Assembly: GCA_030704615.1 (NCBI GenBank)
Contig: CM060731.1
Span: 75,640,001-75,704,000 of the forward strand
Origin: Takakia lepidozioides
Lineage: Eukaryota > Plantae > Bryophyta
Reading direction: 5' to 3'
Length of the DNA: 64,000 nt
Shown here in pieces: positions 12,320-22,719 of this stretch. Within the stretch, counting starts at the first letter, position 1. Every line of letters starts with the position of its first letter. Below the pieces are notes generated by a model. The model made no database searches. It was not told the origin of the DNA and saw only the letters and a list, made by a program, of their open reading frames with translations. Position numbers and translations under genes: made by a program.

Positions 12320-13300
12320 ATCTGAAATACGGCACCGCATTTCCAAAACCGGGGCAAGAACAAATTTTCGATTCATCAGAAACTGTTCGGACAAACGGAC
12401 ATGCGGTGCCGCATTTCCGTTTCCGACACGGCAGTTTTGCCGATTGGCAGCCCCTTCCATGGATGTGAATCGTAATGTGGAGGTCGAACATGGAAATGCG
12501 GTGCCGCATTTACCTTTTGGAGATGGACATTTCTCCAACTGCAGACCCATCGACGTTCTTGGGCTCCCAATTCCATGATGCTAAACGGGAATGCGGCACC
12601 GCATTCCATTGTCCAATAAGAAATTTCGATGACGTACAAGGAAATGCGGCGCCGCATTTCCAAAAGGGACATCGTTGTTTGCCCAATTCTAGACCCTTTG
12701 ATGGAAATGCGGCACCGCATTCCATCGTCCTATAAAAACTTGCATTGTCCTATAAAAACTTTCAATTGACCAACATGGGAAATGCGGCGCCGCATTTCCA
12801 AAACAGACATCGTTGTTTGTCCAATTCCAGACCCGTTGGGGCATTCCGTCTTGATGGACGGAAATGCGGAACCGCATTCCATTGTCCGATTCGATATTTT
12901 GATGACAGACATGGAAATGCGATGCCGCATTTCCAGAACTTCCATCGTTGTTTGTCCTATTCCAGACCCTTCGACGGAAATGCGGCACCGCATTCCATTC
13001 TGCTCTCCGGAAATGCTGTGTTGCATTTCATTGTCCGGTACGAAATTTCGATGACGGACATGGAAATGCGGTGCCGCATTTCAAGTATGGACATGGACAA
13101 GCATTAGCGACTGGACATGCTTGGATAGTTCAAGGTCGAATATGGTGTTGCGGCGCCGCATTTCAAATTCGAAGTATGGTAATGCCATGTCAGGAAATGA
13201 AATGTTGTACAGCATTTCCGTTACGACGACAACGGAGGAAAGGGAGCTGCCAGAAAAAGCTTCATGGAGAAAATGGAATGCGGTGCCGAATTTCCGAGCT
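12320..13300. repeat. Second, less regular array (~15 copies) of the same palindrome
   Basis: GGAA(A)TGCGGYRCCGCAT(T)TCC at ~12324, 12399, 12492, 12588, 12641, 12703, 12778, 12860, 12913, 12976, 13062, 13146, 13276. Confidence 0.9.
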
Positions 13301-13568
13301 TCGGCGTGTACATGTTTCCTACAACTCATACATGGATTTTCTTCACCTCAGGACTGTGATATTGCTGACTCTGGTATATTCATATGGACAGACACATTGT
13401 AGAAATGAGACCACAAATTGTAAACAGTGGGCCAATTACGGCAGTTCTTGAACACGATGAAACACAAGCACACAGAAGTGAGGTACGATGGGTGTTTTAT
13501 TGATCGAACACGGTGTCACATTTAGCAGCTCCAGACAAATCTAATCCCTTCCTCCTTCTACATGGGTG

Positions 13569-14190
13569 TCACCAAGTCGACGGAACTTCGATAGCCCTCA
13601 AAACAAGCTCATTACTGATGCGGCATCTCGAGGTAAACTGCAATGCGGTCGATGTGGTGCCCTTGGTGGAGCTGACGACAATGTCATGCCCATCAATCAT
13701 ACCACCATCATACATCGACAAGGTCACTGTGGGCCTCCTGTGCCCGTGCGATTCGTCTTTGCAACTCAGCCGAATGTGTCCATACACTGGAAAAGCGGAG
13801 TGAACTCCACGAATATAGTTTTCCCCGGTGCTGTCCTCCCTGGTCCACTGGCAGCAGTTCCAGCGTCAAAGTGAGGCCGTGCGTGATCTGTCCGGCATCC
13901 CATTCCACCTTGGTATATCGAGGTCAACAATTTTCAGGACCCACGGACCGCATTGACCCTCGCCCTCACCTCGCTCAAAGCGGTAATAGCCCTCCAGATA
14001 CTCCATTGCGCGCAAAGACTCCCGCTTGATTCCAGATGCGTATGTGAAAAGTGAAAGCCAGACAATGATGTCTCCTGATTCTGGTTTCAACATAGCATAA
14101 TCGTGGCCATGATAAGGGCAGTTAGCAGGATTTTGGCGGCACGGCATCCCTGAAAAAGAGTAGCGCAGTACGCTCAATGACAGCAGCTCC
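13569..14190 (-). pseudogene. Unknown ~200-aa MULE cargo protein, paralogue 1 (one in-frame stop)
   Basis: ORFs 13866-14177 and 13569-13787 share a frame: VLRYSFSGMPC..CPY.G.DYAM..SGDIIVW..PWVLKI..*RWNCCQWT..YGHIRL..YDGGMIDGHDIVV. Confidence 0.7.
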
Positions 14191-14586
14191 CGGATGGAGG
14201 AGGTAGTAGCGCGGTGGCTGGAAGAAATTCAAGCAAACGCTGCAATTCCTCACAAATACTCTAGGGCACATTTAAATTTCCCCCCGACTGGAACCTGCAG
14301 GGATGAAGATTGCCTCATCCATGGATGGAGCCGATTCAGTTTCCTTCCCTGCCATGCAAACTATGGGCAGTAAGTGCCAGGTGGGCCTATAGCCACTCGA
14401 GACGACGAAGTCCATCCTCCCTTCGATGTAAATGCGGCGCCAAATTTCCATCCGGGGGATGGACTTTGGTGGCAGATTTCAAACTATACCCCGTGGATGA
14501 GAAAGACGTATCGGTTCATCCACCGCTGGCTTGTTGAACACGTTACACGATGATTGGTGGGTACTTGTGACCCAGATGGTCCATAA

Positions 14587-15229
14587 TTGGAGCCCGCACT
14601 GCACTTCCGCTTCTCATCATTTCGAAAATCTAAGGGCTTCGTTGCTGTCCGCAAGGTGATTTTCATCGGCATCAAAGACGTCCTCAGGTCCTCCCTTGCA
14701 AGGATGCCGTGCTTCCGGAACCGGGACGACTGCCCTTATGGAGGCATCGATTATGCAATGTATTCGGCCACATCGGGAGACATCGTTATCTGGTACACAG
14801 ATTACACAGAAGATACTGGTTCGAATGTGGAAACATTGTCCGCTTTTGAGTATCTCCCAGGCCAGTACACCTCGAGCGGGGTGACGATCTTGGTCTGAGG
14901 AGTCCGTGGCTCCTGCGCATCCTTGATTCCGATTTTCCAGCTACGACGGGCACCCATGCAGAAGAATGCGCACTGCTATGCTGTTGCGGTGGAACTGCTG
15001 CCAGTGGACGTGGGTGGACTCCATCGGAGAGACTTATACTCCTGAAGGAGTGCGCTCATCTTCTCCATTGTATGGGGACATTCGCATTGGTGTGGACGGC
15101 GAAAACGTGAAGCTTTCCATATTCGATGGTGGTATGATTGAAGGGCAAGACATTGTGGTGAACATCAACAGGGGGGTACAACGGCTGCAATCCAGTTTAC
15201 CTGGAGGAGCCCGAAGACTCATGAGCTAG
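14587..15229 (+). pseudogene. Unknown MULE cargo protein, paralogue 2 (frameshifted)
   Basis: VLRSSLARMPC..CPYGGIDYAM..SGDIVIW..PWLLRI..RWNCCQWT..YGDIRI..FDGGMIEGQDIVV. Confidence 0.7.
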
Positions 15230-15735
15230 TTCTCAGAGCAGTCGAAGTCCATTGACAACGTGACTTGGGGGGGGGGGGGAGTGACTGAGCCCGTGGTGCA
15301 CAGGGCTAAAGATTTGTTTGCACAATCAGCATAGTAGACGTGCTTCAAATGCATGTGGATCAATAAAAACCCCATTGTGCCCTCTTTTTGTTCTATTCTG
15401 TATCCATCGTTCCCAAAATGCGTCATTCCTCATTTCGTTTGGGATTGGGAGTGTGGGTGGATTTTGCAAGTGGCTGGTGGTAGGCTGAAATGGGCCCCCA
15501 TTGTACAGATCAGTACCACCCTACCATTCGCGAAACATTGCCTTTCAATATGTAATTCTAAAAAACATGGCCGATCCTCCTTCATCGGGAGGTCCTTCTC
15601 CCCCTATGACCGTGACACCCTAAACCCTATTCCCGCGGACACTCATTTCCGGAAAATAGTCCTGCTCATGTTTTTTTCGACACTTACGACTCTGCTCATG
15701 GCTCATGGCTCATGGCTCATGAAATAGCAGCCCCC

Positions 15736-16362
15736 GTGATAGAGGACTTAGTACGGCTGTGGCTATTACATCTTGTAGCTATCTGGAGTTAGAGGGACCT
15801 AACCACCAGCTAAGGGGGCGATTGTGGTATAGCTTTCTAGGATTGTGTGCTTAGATTGTGTGGTGGACATCGATGTATGTTGTGGCACGATGCTTAGGTG
15901 CACGACAGCTGTCATGGTTTTAGTCATGGTTATCTAGAATTACCTACTTCTAGTTAACTAGGACATTTTAGATATTTATATTTATATTTTGTGTGTTGGG
16001 ACTTCATTTGGTCTCACATGCCAAGTGAGGTGTCGAGCCTCACTTGAGACATGGAAATAGGTTTTCCCCTTGTGAGTGTTGAGAGGCTCATCTTCTTGTA
16101 GTTGAGCCTCCTTGAGCCTCTCCCACCTCCACAGCTCTAGGTATTGAGATGGAGTGGTGTGAGGGCTTTGTAGGGTGGATTCCTTTAGCAAAGATGCCCT
16201 TGGCTTGACTTAGTTTATGTGATTGAGTGGATTCATGAGTGGAGTGTTTCCATTGTGTGTTCACTTCCATTATCTATTGTGGTATAGCTTTCTAGGATTG
16301 TGTGCTTAGATTGTGTGGTGGACAACGATGTATGTTGTGGCACGATGCTTAGGTACACGACA
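15736..16362 (+). mobile_element. 3'UTR, PPT and A-B-A terminal repeat of DNMT/PHD Gypsy
   Basis: PPT AAGGGGGCG 15812-15820; 85-bp TG..CA unit at 15823-15907 and again at 16278-16362. Confidence 0.85.
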
Positions 16363-16730
16363 AGGGCTGAAACCACTTCGAAATGAACGCAAAACTCGTA
16401 AGAGCGTTGCACGCGCAGACCATCGCACAATCTAGAGGCTAGTTGTATTTGAGACATGCAGTTAGCTTCTAGTTTGGTTGATTATCCATTTTGGAGAGAA
16501 CATTATGATGTTTTTCATATAGAATTTCATGCGTTGGATATTTCTCCCCTGCCGAGAAAACCTTGGATGTTTTTCATCTAAGTTTTCATGTGTTGGACGA
16601 TCTCTCCAGCCAAGACAATTTTGGATGTTTCCCATCCATTAGGTATTTTCTTTCTCCCCCCGAGACAAGTTCACTTTCCGCAGTATATAAGCGGGGTGAG
16701 GGGTGCACATTGTATTTCTTTTCCTTCTCT

Positions 16731-16774
16731 TTCCCACTGATGAGCTCACGCGCTGAGCGAAACTAGTTTGGGGA
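16731..16774 (+). ncRNA. Minimal type I hammerhead ribozyme 1
   Basis: TTCCCA-CTGATGA-GCTCA cgcgc TGAGC-GAAA-C ta G-TT-TGGGGA. Confidence 0.88.
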
Positions 16775-17227
16775 TTATAGAGATTCGATTTGCTGCATCT
16801 TGTGTTCTTGTCTCTTTGTCTCATTGGCGGCGTTGTTGTTGTTGTTGAGTTTTAGATTTGATCTTCTGCATAGTTCATTGCATTCATTTGCTTTGTGTCT
16901 ATTGTAGTGCATGTTTTAAACTCTTTTTCGAGTGTTGCATGTCAGATCTCCTTCTAAGACTGTTCTTTAGTGTGTCTATTCTCTTACTTAGAGATAGGTT
17001 ATTATCCTGTCCTTACAATGAATTAGTTTCATCACACACACTTGCCTCTTGCATATCTTTGCATTTGCACTTTAGAACGTTGCAACATCACTCCCACTCT
17101 TTTCTATTCTAGTTTTATGTGTCTCAGGATCGATTCTTTTAGTTTTGATTCACAGGCTAGATATTTCTACAAGTTTTCTAAGGTGTCCATAACTAAGGGG
17201 TGCACATTGTATTTCTTTTCCTTCTCT

Positions 17228-17271
17228 TTCCCACTGATGAGCTCACGCGCTGAGCGAAACTAGTTTTGGGA
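17228..17271 (+). ncRNA. Minimal type I hammerhead ribozyme 2
   Basis: Same core 497 bp downstream, one G>T change in stem I. Confidence 0.82.
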
Positions 17272-17816
17272 TTATAGAGATTCGCTTTGCTGCATCTTGT
17301 GTTCTTGTCTCTTTGTCTCATTGGCGGCGTTGTTGTTGTTGTTGAGTTTTAGATTTGATCTTCTGCATAGTTCATTGCATTCATTTGCTTTGTGTCTATT
17401 GTAGTGCATGTTTTAAACTCTTTTTCGAGTGTTGCATGTTAGATCTCCTTCTAAGACTGTTCTTTCGTGTGTCTATTCTCTTACTTAGAGATAGGTTATT
17501 ATTCTTCCGACCTTACAGTGAATTAGTTTCATCACACACACTTGCCTCTTGCATATCTTTGCATTTGCACTTTAGAACGTTGCAACATCACTCCCACTCT
17601 GTTCTATTCTAGTTTTCTGTGTCTCAGGATCGATTCTTTTAGTTTTGATTCACAGGCTAGATATTTCTACAAGTTTTCTAAGGTGTCTATAACTGGCCCC
17701 CCCTAAAAGCTTGTTTGCACTTTGCTACTAATGCACCCGGTGCATTCGCGGTTCGAACTCTGTTGCATTGCTACATGTATTTGTTTCCACTCTTTTGTAA
17801 ACCCTAAACATTTGTT

Positions 17817-18500
17817 ATGATGTTAGGTGCAACTTCTGAACCTTCTTCTTCCAAGCATCCTAGGATAGAGATGAATAGTGATGGTGCTCCTGCAGAAGAT
17901 CGACCGTCTTATTCGTCTCCAAGGGATTATTCTCCTACTCCAAGGCCACACGTTGGGATCTTTTTCAACCAGAATGATCATTCTCCAGACTTTGTGGATG
18001 CTATTCACAAGTTGTTGGACAACTCTTTGGCTCAGTATAAGAAGGATTTCAAGAGACTTCAATGTCTCAAGGCAACTTTCGACAAACTCAGATCTCAAGA
18101 AGTTGCCGGTGAAATTCCTCATGCTTGTAGAGTTGCTTGTCCGAAGTTGGTCATCTCTTCTGCCTCTGTCCAGACATCTTTGGATGCTACTGTCCTAGCA
18201 GCTACTGTTACTTACCATTCAGCTTTGCAAACAGCTTTTATTCAAGCTCATTCCGATCTGGTACAAGAAGCTGAAGCTGTTTTGAGCAAATCCTCTGATG
18301 TTTTCATTGCTCGACTCAGGGAGATCAACTTGCATGTGAATGTATCTTCTTGCACAGACCAGATTGAGGATTCTTCTTGGCTCTTTGATGATCTTGACTT
18401 TGTGTGCACTCAAGCCATTACAGCCTGGCTTGTTGGAATTTCTTGTTTTCGCGCCAATCACAACCTCGGTACTGCAGTGAGGGAAAAGGCGTTTCATGAA
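17817..18500 (+). pseudogene. Penelope-like ORF N-terminal region, fused in frame to the MULE-B transposase start
   Basis: The same N-terminus (MML.ATSEPSSSK.PRIEMN) precedes PLE RT C-terminus at 42230; follows a pLTR. Confidence 0.7.
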
Positions 18501-21500
18501 GGAACCGAGCTAGAGAAGGATGGAGAAATATGTCGGGTGATGGAGAAATATCTCTGCGTTCAATACCACCTGAAACCGGGGTTGGTATTTTTGGAGAAGG
18601 AAAGGAAGGATTCAAACGGAGTTGTAGTCGAAAGTATTGTTGTGTTCCACGATGATATCGGCGACGGCAGGGAATGACATGTTTCACCATCGGACATTGT
18701 CATATACAGGGCTGTTGGGGACTTCATTTGCCCGCCAAATGCACCTTCTATCCTGGCGCCTTCCACAAAACAATCCGTGAATCAGAGAGTGGGTACCTCA
18801 AAGAGAGAAGTCCGCAACGAAGTAAATCCAAAGCCGAACCCATCAATGAAGACGAGCGAGAACCGGGTTGTTCACAACCTGTCCTACTCAGACGAGGTCA
18901 TGGAAGTTCCGAGATCATCCTGGAGATCAGGCAAGTCCTCAATGGACATCAGCGGACGAGGGAGTCATATTCCCAGCACGAGCACAACAATTCGATCCAT
19001 TCTTGAAATTCTACGAGGGCTTCACATGGAGGACACCGCTTGGAGCTGGCTGGGTTGGACTACATCAAGTTTGCAATTATATCCGTTACATGCCTTCCCA
19101 TAGACGTCGACGGTAATATCTTCTGTGAGATCCTTCCTCGAACGGACTATTCAAGGGCGTCCGGAATATTGACAGATATGGATAGAAAACATGACGGTCA
19201 TCCTTGGTGCGTCACCAAAACCACCAGCATGAAGATGCTCGATGGTGTGCGGGTGCGCTACGTTGTTTGTGCGGGCGCGTTGTGGTGTTTCTCCCCAGCT
19301 TGCTTCCACTTTAAATCCAGTCACAGGAACGAGACGGATTGGACAGGCACAGCTCATCAACCATTTCGAGCTCAAGAGAAGGTTCCAAACTCCACATTTA
19401 AGTGTGCGCATTGCAAAGAACCAGCTCATTGCATGTCTGTTTGTAATGCCAAGCAGTTCTATGTGTTGCACCATTTCCCTGACCTCACACGAGCTTGCAT
19501 ACACGTTGGTTCCCATTGTCACAAATTGGCGAGGGGGAACTCGCGGGAGGCTGCCCATGAGGCAGAGCAGCTCGTTCAGGAGGAGGTTAAGTTGAGACCC
19601 GGTGCCAAACCCAAGCAGATACAGCTGCAGGCCACCCATAAGATGGCATTGGCCAGAATTATGTCGGAAGACGGCTCCGACAGAGTTCCTCTCGATGACA
19701 AGGAAATGGAGGCATTGTTGGAGTCGGTGTCCCACGTCTGTTCACCGAATGTCCGAAACCACATTGTCTCCTGCAAACAGAAAACTGGGTGTGGCTCGGA
19801 TATGCACCCCATTCTGGAGGTGAAGCGACGATGTGGATATGACTACATTCATGGAAGTAGGTTTCCAAGACAAGGGACTGAGGTAGATCGTTGTTTCGTA
19901 TTCAAAATGTCTACGTGTGGGCCTGGCAGCGGTGTCGAACTGGTCGACCGGATGACGAGTGGGGACTTGTCAAACAGTTGGGTCATGTTCGACCATATCA
20001 AGCGAATTACAAATCACCAGTGGGTGACAATAGGTGCACATGTCTACGACACCCACTCTAGGATGCTAATAACAATTGCTATTTGTGAGATGAAAGGAGA
20101 GGACACACAATCGGAGATGCTTCTTTGGCAGGGAATAAACGAACACATGGCCAGGGCGGGATTGCCCCCTCCCAATTTCCGTGGTTTCATGGCGGACAAC
20201 GCACAAGCAAATTGGGCTGCCATCCGAAGGGTGTATGGGCAAGACCCCAATGGTCCGATGGAAGGCAAGGAGAGATCTTGTGGGTTCCATTTTTTGCAGA
20301 GCTTGTCGCAGTACACAACCAGGCTCGTGGCACCAGATTTCAGAGAGGAGCACCGTTCCATGTGTCTTGCGTGGAAGCGCGCTCTCACCTTGGATGATGG
20401 AGAGACACAGTTTGCATGTATACGGGCTTGGTGGACATCGTCAGGTGTTGTAAGGAAATCAGACGAGGGAGCAATGGTCAGTTGACTAGCATGGTGGCAT
20501 TATCATTTCCTCCAGTTCGGCGACTATATGCGGGAGGTGAGTTGGATGAATTCGCGTCCCGTTGAATATTATGCTAGTCATTATTTGTAACTTGCTTGTA
20601 ACCTCAACATGTGCATGTGCAGGAAATGTGTCTCAACTCCGACACCGACATGCCGACAATAAACATGGCCGAATCAGTGCATTCTTCCTGGGGTGCCTCC
20701 TCTACGGCGCATTTGGTGGACAACCTCACTGCCACAACGGAGGACATTGTGAGGTCAATTATGCAGCAATGCAGGTACAACGAGTTCTTGAAAGGGAAAG
20801 AGTGGGGCTTGGGGCCGGACAGGCAGGAAATGCTGATGCAGACTGCCTCCAGATTGAAGAATCCTCGGAAGTGGGCGGCAGCCTTGCGAGAGGGTCTTCG
20901 GGACACGCCATTCCTTCGAAGAGGCCAACACTTGGAAGGAGATGTTCACACCCGTCCAGTGAGACAAAGACATGACGAGGCACCTGTCCGAGAAGAGGAT
21001 TCATGGCGAGCTGACAAGAATATTCGCACGCTCCCTCGTGGTCCCGTGATGTTGCCCAAGGAGGTTTCGTCAAGCACCGCAAGTCCTGCACGTTTAAGAT
21101 CGCCATCTCATTTGAGCACATGGCACGTGTCTGGGGAACTTAACGAGCCATCTGTAGTAACGCAGTACAATATACCCATTGTGGAGACAAGAGTGTCGGA
21201 GTCACAGTGGAGAATTGCAAGGACATTGTCGGCATTTTGAAGGAAGTGCTGCGCCATCCGGATGGATACGAGAGCATACTGTGGTGAGATGATTCAGAGG
21301 AACCCACACGGTGCTGTACCTGCACCTTATGTCAGCGGCAGATTTTTGACTCCCACATTTGCTCACGCCACAACGCAGACGTTTTGGTTCTGTAGGCACG
21401 ATATAATGACCTGTGTATTTGGCAAGCCCAAGTACGGGATTCAGGGAATGCCGGAGCCTCCGGGCGTCTAGCGTGTTGCACCGGGTTGTAACCTCTCTCA

Positions 21501-22719
21501 GAATGAAGTGGATGCTCTTTCTGCATCAGGATTTCGAATGGTGCAACGCATAGACGTCCCGACCCACGCATTTCCAGTTCCTCAGACCCAGCCATTGCAG
21601 ACTGCTCAGTCCAGTAGAGACGGATTGGACAATTCTGCACATCCTACAATGTCATTCGGAAGAGTGAAGACTCAGATTGCCAATGCTATTGGGATGGCTT
21701 GCACTATTCAGAGCTCCGTGGAGGTACCCCCACCCGGCCTTGGGCGTGTTTATCGGATGGCAACGGCCGGCTCAGCTGTACGCGACGACGTATACACAAT
21801 TACGATTGGAGTGAAGCCGACTTGCAATTGTACGGACTTCTTGTTGATGGAAGCAAAGAAGGGTTCAAAGTATTATCCGTGCAATCATCTGTATTACATT
21901 TACCTGAAGAGGTTGAGGATGAACTTGACTATTGATGACTTTATTCATGCACCAGTGTTGAGCGTGAACGAGCTACACAAACTCCTCTGCCGAGATTCCA
22001 GAAATCATTGATGGGGCAAAGGGAATCCACCATATGGATATTTTCAATTGCATTTTGATGCATCAGACTTTGTTTTGCAGTGTAATGAAATGCACCCCAA
22101 AACTCCTAGAATGAGACAGACAATATTCCAGAAAATTGAGTTCCAATAGTAGCAGTTGTGGGGCCATTTCTGAAAAAATGGCGCCAAATTTCTCTATTTT
22201 GGGCCAAAAACTGGCTAAGTCCCAACATGCACGGGAACGATGTCTGGAAAAATGGCGTTGAATTTTCAGTTACATGGCCCAGGATTGCCCAACATCTGTG
22301 CAATCCCCGGCAGCATGTACCGAAATTTGGCGCCACATTTCCAAATTTTGGGCTTACACACCTACGATGTTGGGACCTATAGCCGTGAAATTCGGCACCA
22401 TTTTTCACCGGAGACACGTATTACTGCGAAATACGTCGCAGATTTCTCCGGTTGCGGAACCTATTACCGCAAAATTCGGCGCCATTTTTGCAGATGTCGC
22501 TCGGAATTCGCATGAGCGGAAGACGAAATATCATGAGCACGGTTCTCAAAACTACAATTTTCGCTTCAAACAATGAATAATATATTGGTTTTTTCTTACA
22601 CATTCCATTAAAATAATATTTTTATGTTTTTTATTTCCAGAATTTGTACTTCTGCTCATGAAAACCGATTGTCTTGCTACTCCGCTCATGCCGCTCATGC
22701 TCATGAAATAGCTAACCTT
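18500..22719 (+). mobile_element. MULE-B, 5'-truncated relative of MULE-A; transposase pseudogene to 22011, intron 20537-20622, right TIR
   Basis: ORFs 19040-20485, 20611-21240 and 21508-22011 are collinear with the MULE-A transposase; end GCTCATGAAATAGCTAACCT. Confidence 0.9.

Larger units (their letters stand above)
3866..15735 (-). mobile_element. Complete Mutator-like element (MULE-A), 11,870 bp
   Basis: 9-bp TSD GTGATAGAG at 3857-3865 and 15736-15744; imperfect TIRs GAGGTTTACTATTTCATGAGC / GCTCATGAAATAGCAGCCCCC with tandem CATGAGC subterminal repeats. Confidence 0.93.
16428..17816 (+). repeat. Tandem Penelope pLTRs (~497-bp period) ending in TAAACCCTAAAC before the ORF start
   Basis: Matches 42790-43680, which directly follows the PLE RT stop; TATA-like TATATAA at ~16684. 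Confidence 0.85.

Noticed and set aside
16858-17612. Repeated 85-aa hydrophobic ORF (also 43221, 44154)
   Set aside because: TTG-start reading of T-rich pLTR sequence; it recurs only because the repeat does.
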